DNA from: Bacteroidota bacterium
GTDB lineage: Bacteria; Bacteroidota; Ignavibacteria; UBA10030; UBA6906
Assembly: GCA_038247945.1 (NCBI GenBank)
Contig: JBBRUI010000003.1
Span: forward strand, 1 to 43,756
DNA length: 43,756 nt
Direction: 5' to 3'
The notes beneath the pieces are model-generated. The model saw only the letters and a list, made by a program, of their open reading frames with translations. It had not been told where the DNA came from and ran no database searches. Position numbers and translations under genes: made by a program. Below are positions 1-9,808 of this stretch, in pieces (the stretch's first letter is position 1; each line of letters starts with the position of its first letter).

Positions 1-327
1 GAGATGAAACACGGCCCGATTGCATTGATTGATGAGAATATGCCGGTGGTGTTCATCGTACCGAAAGATGGCATCTATGATAAAGTGATGAGCAACCTGC
101 AGGAAGTTCGTGCCCGCCGCGGCCGCATTATCGCCGTTGCGAATGAGGATGACCGCGAGATCGAAAAGCTTGCAGAGTTCGTCATCCGCGTGCCGCGCAC
201 CTACGGATATTTCGGCCCGATTATCAACATCATTCCGCTTCAATTGCTTTCGTATTACATGGCGGTTGCGCGGGGAACCGACGTCGATCAGCCGCGCAAT
301 CTCGCCAAGAGCGTAACAGTAGAATAG
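1..327 (+). CDS. glmS: Glutamine--fructose-6-phosphate transaminase, C-terminal SIS domain (5'-truncated by window edge)
   Basis: [11 protein letters not shown] motif and the invariant GlmS C-terminus [15 protein letters not shown]; frame is open from base 1. Confidence 0.97.
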   Translation, partial: EMKHGPIALIDENMPVVFIVPKDGIYDKVMSNLQEVRARRGRIIAVANEDDREIEKLAEFVIRVPRTYGYFGPIINIIPLQLLSYYMAVARGTDVDQPRNLAKSVTVE

Positions 328-347
328 TCTTCAATAAAGGAACTCCG

Positions 348-1196
348 GTGAATACAACTTTCTCATACAGCAAGAACGAATGGGGACTCATTCTGGGGGC
401 TTCAAGCGGGTTTGGCGCTGCAACTGCGCGTGAACTTGCACGTCACGGCATGAGCATCATCGGTGTCCACTTCGACCGCGCTGCAGGTATGCCGGCGGTC
501 GATGCGTTGACAAAAGAACTCGAAGGATATGGAGTGAAGGCGCGCTTCTTCAATGTGAACGCCTCCGATGCGCAGAAGCGTGCGGAAGTTCTGGACACGA
601 TGAAGAAGGAATTTGAAGGCGACTCATCCAACACCATCCGCGTGCTCATGCATTCGCTCGCGTTCGGAAGTTTGAAGCCGCTCGTATCGCGGAAGGCCGG
701 AGTGTCGCTGACGCAGGCACAGATTGAAATGACACTGGACGTGATGGCGAATTCGCTTGTCTATTGGACTCAGGCGGTAGTAGAGTGTGGTATGATGAAA
801 CGCGGCGGCCGCATTTTTGCAATGACCTCTTCGGGCGGACATTCATCTTTGCTGAATTACGGAGCAGTCTCTGCCGCGAAAGCTGCACTTGAATCGTACA
901 TCCGGCAGCTTTCGCTCGAACTGGGACCAATGGGAATTACTGCAAATACAATTCTGGGCGGCGTGACCAACACGCCTGCTCTTCAAAAGATTCCTGGCGC
1001 GGTTGAAATGCTTGAAGTGTCAAAAGCCCGAAATCCTTCAACACGCAATTGCACACCGGAAGATGTTGCCAAAGCTATCGCACTTCTCGCGCATGACGAT
1101 GCCTATTACATAGCCGGGAACGTAATCCGCGTTGATGGTGGAGAAGATTACGTGCAGTACATAGGCAAGATCAGCGTGCCGAAATTGGACGAGTAA
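348..1196 (+). CDS. SDR oxidoreductase, enoyl-ACP reductase (FabL/FabI-like)
   Basis: GASSGFG Rossmann motif, Y-x6-K catalytic spacing (YGAVSAAK) typical of enoyl-ACP reductases, C-terminal VDGG; GTG start after AAGGA. Confidence 0.85.
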   Translation: MNTTFSYSKNEWGLILGASSGFGAATARELARHGMSIIGVHFDRAAGMPAVDALTKELEGYGVKARFFNVNASDAQKRAEVLDTMKKEFEGDSSNTIRVLMHSLAFGSLKPLVSRKAGVSLTQAQIEMTLDVMANSLVYWTQAVVECGMMKRGGRIFAMTSSGGHSSLLNYGAVSAAKAALESYIRQLSLELGPMGITANTILGGVTNTPALQKIPGAVEMLEVSKARNPSTRNCTPEDVAKAIALLAHDDAYYIAGNVIRVDGGEDYVQYIGKISVPKLDE

Positions 1197-1245
1197 CCCC
1201 TCTCTCCGAAAATGTAAACTCCTGCGTTGCCGAACCCCAAAACCT

Positions 1246-1274
1246 TTGGTACTCAATCGGATTTTTCTTATACT
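1246..1274 (+). promoter_or_regulatory. sigma70-type promoter for tRNA-Phe
   Basis: TTGGTA (1246-1251), 17-nt spacer, TATACT (1269-1274), about 105 nt upstream of the tRNA. Confidence 0.6.
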
Positions 1275-1288
1275 TACTAAAGAAATTT

Positions 1289-1378
1289 GGATCCCGCCAG
1301 GAAAGCGTCGGGATCCTGAATTTCTCAACGAACTTAGCTTTGCCGCAACAACACGGCTCGCTAAGTTCGGAGAAATTC
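1289..1378 (+). repeat. Two adjacent inverted repeats in the tRNA leader
   Basis: GGATCCCG...CGGGATCC (1289-1316), then GAATTTCTC-aa-CGAACTTAGC...GCTAAGTTCG-GAGAAATTC (1318-1378). Confidence 0.75.
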
Positions 1379-1451
1379 GGACAGGTAGCTCAGTTGGTAG
1401 AGCAATGGACTGAAAATCCATGTGTCGGGGGTTCAATTCCCTCCCTGTCCA
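1379..1451 (+). tRNA. tRNA-Phe (GAA)
   Basis: Acceptor stem GGACAGG/CCTGTCC, D arm GCTC-AGTTGGTA-GAGC, anticodon arm ATGGA-CTGAAAA-TCCAT, T loop TTCAATT; CCA not encoded. Confidence 0.97.
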
Positions 1452-1454
1452 CAC

Positions 1455-1486
1455 AAAAGGCATTAGCGGTTTGCGAACGCCTTTTT
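1455..1486 (+). terminator. Probable intrinsic terminator after tRNA-Phe
   Basis: AAAAGGC...GCCTTTTT imperfect hairpin with a T tract. Confidence 0.6.
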
Positions 1487-1600
1487 AATTGCAAGTGGCC
1501 ATGTTAACCATGTCTTTTCTTGCATTTGATTTTCGCTCGCCGTACCATAAGTCAAAGACCTTCCAACCTTCGCTTGTAGCCTCAACAGCAGAGTGTATTC

Positions 1601-3202
1601 ATGGCCCTTCGGCTGATTTGGGGAAGGACGCGTGCCCGTCATCGGTTTACACACGCAGAAGTCACACTCGTTCTTCTTGTTCTGATACTGTTCTTCTCCC
1701 GATGCGACACTGTTGATCCTCCGCCGCCGGCTGTTGTTCCGGCAACCGCACTCCTTTCTCAATCCGAAGTCGAATCCATTCTCGCCCACGCTGTCGAGCA
1801 AGCACAGCGAGTCAATCAAAAAGTCATCGTTGCAATTTCGGACCGCGAAGGAAACATCCTCGGTGTGTTCAGAATGACGGGGGCGCGATTGGATTCCACT
1901 CTTGTTCAGGTCAATGGATTATCGGTGAGCGTAACCAACATCGACATTTCCATTCGGAAGGCGCGTACAGCAGCATTTCTCAGCAGCAACCAAAATGCGT
2001 TTTCGACCACGACCGCAAGCTTCATTACACGTCCGCATTTTCCTCCGGGCGTTTCCAACACTGCGGCGGGTCCGTTGTTCGGTGTTGGATTTTCGAGCCT
2101 TCCGTTTGGCGATATCATGCCCAACGGCAGCGCTCTAAACGACAAGCCCGGCGGCATTCCGATTTACAAAGGGGGAATTCTTGCCGGTGGGGTTGGCATC
2201 ACGGGCGCAACTTCGCAATTCGATTCGGTATTGTGCACAGGACAAAGTCTTGATGAGACCATCGCGCAAGGTTCGCTTGCCGAATTTTCAGTTCCTCCGG
2301 AGAAGCGGGGCGACAATATTTTTATAGATGGAATTCGATTTCTCTACGCGAATACGACAATGCCCGGAGGGAATTTCACACTCACGTTTACGTCCGCATT
2401 GACGTTCGGGGCAATTGAAGCCGCGTATCCGACACGAGGAACACCCGCCCAAAAATTTCCCGCTGCTGGCGTAGTAATGTTGGGGGGTCCATTCGACTTT
2501 CGAATCAGAGGAAGCCTGTTAGGAGGCCTCTCGGAATCGGAAGTTCGGAGAATAATTGATCAAGCCGCAGGGCAAGCCGCAAAAACGCGTGCGGCAATTC
2601 GTCGCCCGGTTGGCGTTGCTGCACAGGTGTTCATCTCGGTAGTTGATGTCGACGGCTCCGTCCTCGGTATCTGGCGAACTCCCGACGCAACGATCTTCAG
2701 TTACGACGTGAGCGCGCAAAAGGCGCGGACTGCGCTAGCGTTCAGCAATCCGGGCAAAGCGGGATTTGGCGATGTCATTCGCGGCATCCTTGGCCTTACC
2801 TCAACACAGCCGCTGGCGATGACAACACGTGCGGTTGGATTCTTAAGCCAGGATTTCTACCCGCCGGGCATAGACCGTGACTCTCTCGGCATTCGCCGTG
2901 AACCGGGTCCGTTGTTTGAAGGAACCGATTTTAAGTATCAGCGACGCTTGCTGGGACTCGCCGGTTTGCCGGCGTATGGCAATGGCATTACAATTTTTCC
3001 CGGCGGCATTCCTCTGTACAAGAACGGCGTACTCGTTGGTGCGATCGGGATCAGCGGTGATGGGGTGGATCAGGATGATTTGATTGCGTCTGCCGGGACT
3101 GTCGGGTTTGAGGCGCCGTCTGCTATCCGGTGCGATCAGTTCTTCTACAAAAATATTCGCCTTCCGTATATCAAAACTCCACGCAATCCTGAAATCCAAT
3201 GA
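1601..3202 (+). CDS. Exported (probable lipo)protein with two GlcG/HbpS heme-binding domains
   Basis: Two copies of the pattern (V/I)xxxDxxG...KARTA...PGGIP(I/L)YK.G.L.G.(V/I)GI(T/S)G; hydrophobic N-terminus ending FSR-C. Confidence 0.85.
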   Translation: MALRLIWGRTRARHRFTHAEVTLVLLVLILFFSRCDTVDPPPPAVVPATALLSQSEVESILAHAVEQAQRVNQKVIVAISDREGNILGVFRMTGARLDSTLVQVNGLSVSVTNIDISIRKARTAAFLSSNQNAFSTTTASFITRPHFPPGVSNTAAGPLFGVGFSSLPFGDIMPNGSALNDKPGGIPIYKGGILAGGVGITGATSQFDSVLCTGQSLDETIAQGSLAEFSVPPEKRGDNIFIDGIRFLYANTTMPGGNFTLTFTSALTFGAIEAAYPTRGTPAQKFPAAGVVMLGGPFDFRIRGSLLGGLSESEVRRIIDQAAGQAAKTRAAIRRPVGVAAQVFISVVDVDGSVLGIWRTPDATIFSYDVSAQKARTALAFSNPGKAGFGDVIRGILGLTSTQPLAMTTRAVGFLSQDFYPPGIDRDSLGIRREPGPLFEGTDFKYQRRLLGLAGLPAYGNGITIFPGGIPLYKNGVLVGAIGISGDGVDQDDLIASAGTVGFEAPSAIRCDQFFYKNIRLPYIKTPRNPEIQ

Positions 3203-4917
3203 TCTCTTTCTCTCAAAATGATGGAAAGCTTTTTTGCGGGTTGATCGGGTTGATGATTATTTCTCTTTGGTCAACGTCGGCTCTGGGACAGATGAAGGAA
3301 TCACAAGCCGGTAAAGATTCCCTAAAAGCCGTGGCTGATTCCGCGACCGGACGGCAGGGGTTGATGGACTTTGAAGTAATAGAGAATCGCTGGCGCATAA
3401 AAGCTCCGCCTCATGAACTCAGTGTTGAAGGCAGTGTCATCGATCCCTACAACCAAAATGTGTTGAAAGGCGATTATCCGATCATCGGGCAGAACACATT
3501 TTTTATTCTTACTGCTGCTGCGGAGAATTTCGTCGAAGCTTCACGCACTCCGACACCCAGCGGCGTCAGCTCAATCGATCCGAAGAGCGAAGACTTTTTT
3601 GGAAGAGGTGAAAAGTTATTTGTAAACGAAAGCGCCAGGCTAAGCTTTGAGTTGTATGGCGGAGATGTCGCATTCAGGCCGCGTGACTGGGAGTTGAAAG
3701 TAACTGCAGTGTTTAACCTCAACTACATCAACACAAAAGAAAACAACGGCGACAATATCAATGTGCGAAAAGGAGACGACCGCACAGACCACCACATTGC
3801 TTTTCAGGAATTGTTCTTCGAGAAACATCTGTTCAACGTGAGCGATCGGTTTGATTTTGTTTCGATGAAAATCGGCATTCAGAAATTCGGCAGCGATTTC
3901 AGAAACTTTATTTTCAGCGATTTCAATCTCGGCGCACGCCTATTCGGCAATTTGAATTCAAACCGCATTCAATGGAATCTGATCTACCTGCCGATGCTTG
4001 AAAAAGAAACGAACAGCGAGCTGAACACTGTCTTCGAAAAAAGGGAACAGGATGTCGCAATTGCCAATGTGTACATACAGGATTGGCTCGCGCTCGGCTA
4101 CACAACACAGTTCAGCGTTCATTACAACCATGATAAGCCGAGCGTTCACTTCGATGAGAACGGATTTCCGGTTCGTCCTGCAGTTGCCGGCAACACGAAG
4201 CCGCACGACATCAAAGCGTATTACGCCGGATGGACGGGCGACGGACATTTCGGATGGCTGAACATCACACACGCATTCTATCAGGTATTCGGCGAAGATG
4301 ATTTCAATTCGTTTGCCGGAAAGAAAATCTCCATCAATGCACAGATGGCGGCGCTTGAGCTTTCGGTTGATGACGATTGGCAGCGCTTCCGCATTTCGGG
4401 ATTCTACGCTTCAGGTGATGACAATATCAGCGACGACGTTGGGAAAGGGTTCGATGCAATCGTTGACGAGCCGGTCTTTGCGGGCGGCGCATTCAGTTGG
4501 TGGAATTCCCAGCGAGTGGGATTGCAGGGCGTCGGACTTGTGCAGAAAAAAAGTTTTCTCAACACGCTGCGCAGCAGTAAGACGGAAGGTCAGGCGAACT
4601 TCGTCAACCCCGGACTTCTTCTCGCTAACATTGGTTACGACGCCGACATCACGCCAAAAATAAGAGCAGTTCTCAACGTCAACTATCTTCGGTTCGTCAA
4701 CACGGCAGTGCTGGTTGATTTCACGAATCAGAATTCAATCCACAAACAAATCGGGCTTGATTTCAGTCTGGGTGTCATTTACAGGCCGTTCCTGAACAAC
4801 AACGCGATCTTCACATTCGGATTCTCTGCCCTATCCCCGATGGCGGGGTTCAGAGATTTGTATAAGACAAATCAGATTCAGTATGCGTTCTTCACGTCGT
4901 TGGTGTTTACGTATTGA
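3199..4917 (+). CDS. Putative outer-membrane beta-barrel (porin-like) protein
   Basis: Signal peptide, many amphipathic strands with aromatic residues, BAM-type C-terminus YAFFTSLVFTY; ATGA overlap with the upstream gene. Confidence 0.75.
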   Translation: MISFSQNDGKLFCGLIGLMIISLWSTSALGQMKESQAGKDSLKAVADSATGRQGLMDFEVIENRWRIKAPPHELSVEGSVIDPYNQNVLKGDYPIIGQNTFFILTAAAENFVEASRTPTPSGVSSIDPKSEDFFGRGEKLFVNESARLSFELYGGDVAFRPRDWELKVTAVFNLNYINTKENNGDNINVRKGDDRTDHHIAFQELFFEKHLFNVSDRFDFVSMKIGIQKFGSDFRNFIFSDFNLGARLFGNLNSNRIQWNLIYLPMLEKETNSELNTVFEKREQDVAIANVYIQDWLALGYTTQFSVHYNHDKPSVHFDENGFPVRPAVAGNTKPHDIKAYYAGWTGDGHFGWLNITHAFYQVFGEDDFNSFAGKKISINAQMAALELSVDDDWQRFRISGFYASGDDNISDDVGKGFDAIVDEPVFAGGAFSWWNSQRVGLQGVGLVQKKSFLNTLRSSKTEGQANFVNPGLLLANIGYDADITPKIRAVLNVNYLRFVNTAVLVDFTNQNSIHKQIGLDFSLGVIYRPFLNNNAIFTFGFSALSPMAGFRDLYKTNQIQYAFFTSLVFTY

Positions 4918-4992
4918 GTGATTTGATATTCGCAATTCGGTGTTCCTTGTTCGACATTGGTTTTCCGAATCATGAATATTGAACAAGGAAGT

Positions 4993-5017
4993 TTGTCCGA
5001 AGGACTCCTTCGGAGAA
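4993..5017. repeat. REP-like palindrome, copy 1
   Basis: TTGTCCGAAGGACTCCTTCGGAGAA (9-bp perfect inverted repeat), identical to 11486-11510. Confidence 0.85.
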
Positions 5018-5071
5018 CGATGAAGTTTTCCAGGAACCAGTTGAGACTCACGAGTATTGAAGGTGTGTAGG

Positions 5072-8000
5072 ATGAACATTGTTACTCGATGCTCCTTAAA
5101 ATTTCTTTCGTTGATGTTGCTGCTACCGTTGTGCACCCCATGTTCTCGCGCGCAAGAGAACAACCTCATCAACCAAACCCAAGCCGACGCCGACCGCAAA
5201 AGCAAAGGCTGCATTACATGTCACGGCGGCATCGAGCCGATGCACAAGAGCACAGCAGTCAAGCTTGGCTGCGTTGATTGTCACGGCGGTAATGCCGATG
5301 CAACGACGATAAAGGACGGACACGTCCAGCCAAAATACGCGGAGCGTTGGAAGACTTCTGCAAATCCCGAGCGGACGTACACGCTGCTGAACGAAGAGTA
5401 TCCCGGTTACGTCCGCTTTGTGAACCCCGGCGATTTGCGCTCTGCAGACAAAGCGTGCGGGCCATGCCACAACCAATCTTCCGACCCGATTGTGCGCAAC
5501 GTGCAGAAAAGTATGATGACAACGTCCGCATTATTGTTCGGCGGCGCAGCGTATAACAACGGAATACTCCCCACAAAAAACTATGTACTTGGAGAGAGTT
5601 ACAGTCCGGAGGGCAAGCCGCAGCGCATTAACACCGTTCCCGCACCGAGCGCGGAGGACATGAAGAACAAGGGCGTGCTGCCGTTTGTGCTTCCCCTGCC
5701 GCGATGGGAAATCACCCAGCCGCCGGATAACTTCCGGAGTTTCGAGCGCGGAGGAAAAGTTTCCCGCATCAATCCGTCTGATATAGGAATTCCGAATCCG
5801 TTTGAAGAACCGGGACGACCGGACAATAAACTCAGCGACAGAGGAACAGGGACTCAACTTCGCATCAGCTCGCCGATACTGAACATCCATAAGAGTCGGC
5901 TCAACGATCCGCATCTTTCATTTCTCGGAACGAATGACCATCCCGGCGATTATCGTTCAAGCGGATGCACGGGTTGTCACGTTGTGTACGCGAACGATCG
6001 CTCGACTTTTAATGCAGGACCGTATGCAAAGTTCGGCAACCGTGGCCAATCGCAATCTGCCGATAAAACAATATCGAAGTCTGAGCCGGGACATCCTATC
6101 AAACATCAATTCACACGTTCTATTCCATCCAGCCAGTGCATGAGCTGTCACATGCATCAGCCGAATTCTTTTGTCAACACGTATCTCGGTTTTCAGATGT
6201 GGGATTATGAAACGGATGGCGAGCAAATGTATCCGAAGCAACAGAAATATCCGACGGCTTCGGAATCTTTTTCCATGCTTGAGAAAAATCCTGAAGAAGC
6301 TGTGCTGAGAGGAAACTGGAGCAATGAAGAATTCCTTGCGAACGTCAGCGGATTGAATCCGCAACTCTCTCATACTCAGTTCTCTGATTATCACGGTCAT
6401 GGCTGGGTGTTTCGCGCCGTGTTCAAGAAGGATCGAAAGGGAAATCTGTTAGATAAGGACGGCAAGATCATTCCAGAGAATTCTCCGTTCAAGTTCGAGG
6501 GTGTTGTTCCGGTTGAAGGAGTTACACCGAAGGCTTCTGTTGTTGGAAGTCAAAAATCGCAGAAGGCCGTCCATCTCAAAGACATCCATCTCGAAAAAGG
6601 AATGCACTGCGTTGATTGTCATTTCAAGCAAGATGTACACGGAAATGGAAATCTCGTCGGAGAGTTTCACAATGCAGTTGAGATTCAATGCGTTGATTGC
6701 CATGGAACAGTTGGAGCAAAAGCGGCTCTCAAGACATCCGGAGTTGCCGCGCCGGCGGGCGGAAGTGATTTGAGCGAGATGTATACACCATTCGGCGAGC
6801 GACGTTTTCGAAAATCCGGCGGAAGAATTACGCAACGCTCCACGTTGGTCGATACGCTTCAATGGGAGATTCTGCAAACTGCAGACGCACATAAATCCAA
6901 CAAGAAAGCTGAAGCTGCCCATCTGATGATGAGAGATGGAAGAATTGGAAAGTCGGGAACGGATGAGGATATGCTCGCCCATTCATACAAGAAAATGGAA
7001 TGTCAGAGCTGCCACACGTCGTGGATAACAAACTGCTTCGGATGCCATTTGCCCCAGCAAGCGAACTGGAAGAAGCAGATGAACCACTACGAAGGAGAAA
7101 CCTCGCGCAACTGGACGAGCTACAATCCGCAGATTGCACGCGACGAAGGCTACATGCTCGGCATCGCAGGAACGACGAAAGGAAATAAAATTACGACCGT
7201 TCGCTCGTCGAGCGCGCTGGTGTTGAGTTCAGTGAATGCAAACCGCGAACAAATCTACAATCAGCAAGCGCCGATTTCTTCACCGGGGTTCAGCAGCCAG
7301 GCGTTCAATCCGCATTTCGCTCATACCGTCCGAGCAACGGAAACGAGAACATGCACGGACTGTCATCTCTCATCAAAAAATGATAACAACGCGTGGATGG
7401 CGCAACTGCTGTTGCAGGGAACGAACTTTGTGAACTTCATGGGAAAGTACGTTTATGTTGCAGCGGGGAACGGCGGTGTCGAAGCGGTGCAAGTGACCGA
7501 GCAGGATGAGCCGCAAGCCGTCATCGGGAGTTATCTGCAATCTCTGGCTTATCCGGATAACTTCCGGGAACACACGCAGAAAAAAATGGAGCTCCAAACC
7601 TCCTACCATCACGGCGGTGAGATTCTGAATGCTCAGTTGCGCGGCGAATACTTGTTTGCTGCGTGTGGTGAGGGCGGCTTCCGCGCCTACGATGTGGCGA
7701 ACATTGACAACAAGGGATTCTCGGAACGCATCATTACATCACCCGTTTCCGCGTTCGGGCAGAATACGCATGTGAAATCCCGCTACGCGACGGCTGTCGC
7801 ATTGCCGACGACTATGCCAATCGATACGCGGCGAGTTTACAGGCCGGAGAATCAGGAGCAAGGTCCTCTTCATCCTTTGTATAGCTACGCGTACATCACG
7901 GACAAGTATGAAGGACTGATTATTGTCGACGTGATGAATCTGGTCGATGCCGACCCGCGCAATAATTTTCTTGAACGGGCTTTGACATTTAATCCCGATG

Positions 8001-8761
8001 GTATGTTGAACGGCGCCGTGAACCTGACAGTTGCAGGCAAGTACGTTTACATCTGCTGCGACCGCGGGATCGTCGTCCTCAATATCGACGACCCATTGAA
8101 ACCACGGGTCGTAGGAGAAGTTGGAACGGCATTCATAAAGAAGCCCAAAGCAATTGCAGTTCAATTCCGTTACGCGTTTGTATGCGATGCTGAAGGAGTG
8201 AAGGTCCTCGATCTGACACTAAAGGAAGAACCAAAGCCGGTGAAGGGGAGTTTTATTCCTCTTCAGGATGCAAACGACATCTATGTTGCGCGAACATATG
8301 CTTACGTTGCTGCAGGGTCCCAGGGTCTTGCGATACTCGATGTGGAAAATCCGGAAGCGATGAAGATCGAAAAAATCTTCACTGCCGATGGCGTCATCAA
8401 CGATGCACAGGGAGTGAAGGTGGCGTCAACGAACGCGAGTTTGTTTGCGTATGTTGCCGATGGACGGAATGGCTTGAGGGTTATTCAATTGACGTCGCCG
8501 AAAACTGTTCCCGGATATCTCGGTTTCAGTCCGAAGCCCGCGCCGCAACTGATTGCAACGAAGAGGATGAGCGGCCGCGCCCTTGCAGTTTCCAAAGGAT
8601 TGGACAGAGATAGGGCGGTTGATGAAAGCGGCAATCAGGTGAGTGTGTTCGGAAGGCTTGGCTCCCGTCCGTTTACACTGGAAGAGATGCAGCGGATGTA
8701 TATGAAGGATGGAAAAGTTTGGACGGTGGCGGATGATGGAATCATCAAATATAAGAAATGA
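5072..8761 (+). CDS. Exported decaheme c-type cytochrome fused to a C-terminal LVIVD-repeat beta-propeller
   Basis: Ten CxxCH motifs (CITCH, CVDCH, CGPCH, CTGCH, CMSCH, CVDCH, CVDCH, CQSCH, CFGCH, CTDCH) followed by YAYV/A...GL.I.DV repeats; signal peptide. ATG at 5072 preferred over TTG at 5057. Confidence 0.9.
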   Translation: MNIVTRCSLKFLSLMLLLPLCTPCSRAQENNLINQTQADADRKSKGCITCHGGIEPMHKSTAVKLGCVDCHGGNADATTIKDGHVQPKYAERWKTSANPERTYTLLNEEYPGYVRFVNPGDLRSADKACGPCHNQSSDPIVRNVQKSMMTTSALLFGGAAYNNGILPTKNYVLGESYSPEGKPQRINTVPAPSAEDMKNKGVLPFVLPLPRWEITQPPDNFRSFERGGKVSRINPSDIGIPNPFEEPGRPDNKLSDRGTGTQLRISSPILNIHKSRLNDPHLSFLGTNDHPGDYRSSGCTGCHVVYANDRSTFNAGPYAKFGNRGQSQSADKTISKSEPGHPIKHQFTRSIPSSQCMSCHMHQPNSFVNTYLGFQMWDYETDGEQMYPKQQKYPTASESFSMLEKNPEEAVLRGNWSNEEFLANVSGLNPQLSHTQFSDYHGHGWVFRAVFKKDRKGNLLDKDGKIIPENSPFKFEGVVPVEGVTPKASVVGSQKSQKAVHLKDIHLEKGMHCVDCHFKQDVHGNGNLVGEFHNAVEIQCVDCHGTVGAKAALKTSGVAAPAGGSDLSEMYTPFGERRFRKSGGRITQRSTLVDTLQWEILQTADAHKSNKKAEAAHLMMRDGRIGKSGTDEDMLAHSYKKMECQSCHTSWITNCFGCHLPQQANWKKQMNHYEGETSRNWTSYNPQIARDEGYMLGIAGTTKGNKITTVRSSSALVLSSVNANREQIYNQQAPISSPGFSSQAFNPHFAHTVRATETRTCTDCHLSSKNDNNAWMAQLLLQGTNFVNFMGKYVYVAAGNGGVEAVQVTEQDEPQAVIGSYLQSLAYPDNFREHTQKKMELQTSYHHGGEILNAQLRGEYLFAACGEGGFRAYDVANIDNKGFSERIITSPVSAFGQNTHVKSRYATAVALPTTMPIDTRRVYRPENQEQGPLHPLYSYAYITDKYEGLIIVDVMNLVDADPRNNFLERALTFNPDGMLNGAVNLTVAGKYVYICCDRGIVVLNIDDPLKPRVVGEVGTAFIKKPKAIAVQFRYAFVCDAEGVKVLDLTLKEEPKPVKGSFIPLQDANDIYVARTYAYVAAGSQGLAILDVENPEAMKIEKIFTADGVINDAQGVKVASTNASLFAYVADGRNGLRVIQLTSPKTVPGYLGFSPKPAPQLIATKRMSGRALAVSKGLDRDRAVDESGNQVSVFGRLGSRPFTLEEMQRMYMKDGKVWTVADDGIIKYKK

Positions 8762-9759
8762 AACGAATTAGATTCGTAGGACTATTGAGTGTATTCATTC
8801 TGACCCAGGCTTTGCCGCAGGGCAAGTATCAAACTGTCGGCCCGGAAGGCTGCGGTTCTACAAAGAACAATTGCCATGCCTCGGAAAACAAGAACATGGT
8901 GGACAAGCATAAGAACTCCCTTGATTTTGCTCAAAGCGAAGAGGCAGCCGGGTATGCAGAAAAATCAGGCGTTGGCGCGGCGAACATGCTGAAGGGGAAC
9001 TCCAAATGCATGGAGTGTCACGGAACCGTGGTCTCAGGCAGAGAGACGAAGGAAGGAGAAGAAGGCGTGAGTTGCGAAAGCTGTCACGGCGCGGGAAGCG
9101 GCTACAAGGATGTACACTCGGAAGGACCGAAAGGCGCGGCGGGGAGTGTCCGGGATGGCTATTCCAAATCACTCCCATTGGGAATGATTGATCTGAAGAA
9201 ACAAGAAATCCTTGCCGCGGCTTGCGTGCGGTGCCATCTTCTCACCGATCAAAAAATTCTCAGCGCCGGCCACCCGGACGGTATCAAATTCAACTACAAA
9301 TCCGGAATGAAGTCCGTTGCAAAGCATTGGAAATACCGCGACCAGGGAAACATTCCGGACCAGCCGGTATTCAAAGCAGCAGTCGGAAAAAAAGGGCCGA
9401 CCGGTAAGGCAGTAAGGGCTGTAGTATCCGCAGGTAGCGAAGCTCCGCCCGCAAAAACCCGGGCCGAGAAACCTCAAAGGGCAACTCCTGATGTGCCGTC
9501 AACAACATCGACCGAGACACTGCCCGTTGCAAAAATGACCGTAAGTAACGCGGAAGATGAACCGGCGCCGGTCCGCGTTCGCAAACTTCCGCCTCCGCCG
9601 AGGACCCCGACAGCAGATTTGAGCATAGCGCCTTCACCTACAAAAGAGCCGATCGTATTGCCGCCATTTCCGATAATTACAGACAGCACGCGCATTGATC
9701 AAACACTTTTGTTGTTGAGACGGCGGCTGGAGTTGTTGTATAGGAAAGTTGGATCATGA
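8758..9759 (+). CDS. Cytochrome c554-like multiheme cytochrome (3 CxxCH + 1 CX6CH) with Pro/Ala-rich tail
   Basis: Signal peptide; VGPEG-CGSTKNNCH, CMECH, EGVSCESCHGAGS, CVRCH; low-complexity C-terminal third; ATGA overlap. Confidence 0.85.
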   Translation: MKRIRFVGLLSVFILTQALPQGKYQTVGPEGCGSTKNNCHASENKNMVDKHKNSLDFAQSEEAAGYAEKSGVGAANMLKGNSKCMECHGTVVSGRETKEGEEGVSCESCHGAGSGYKDVHSEGPKGAAGSVRDGYSKSLPLGMIDLKKQEILAAACVRCHLLTDQKILSAGHPDGIKFNYKSGMKSVAKHWKYRDQGNIPDQPVFKAAVGKKGPTGKAVRAVVSAGSEAPPAKTRAEKPQRATPDVPSTTSTETLPVAKMTVSNAEDEPAPVRVRKLPPPPRTPTADLSIAPSPTKEPIVLPPFPIITDSTRIDQTLLLLRRRLELLYRKVGS

Positions 9760-9808
9760 ACAATGGAATAACAATGTCGGCACAAACAAAAACAATGAAT
9801 CAACAAAG

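Noticed and set aside
5132-5143. CTPC as an eleventh heme site of the large cytochrome
   Set aside because: No following His, and it lies within the signal peptide.
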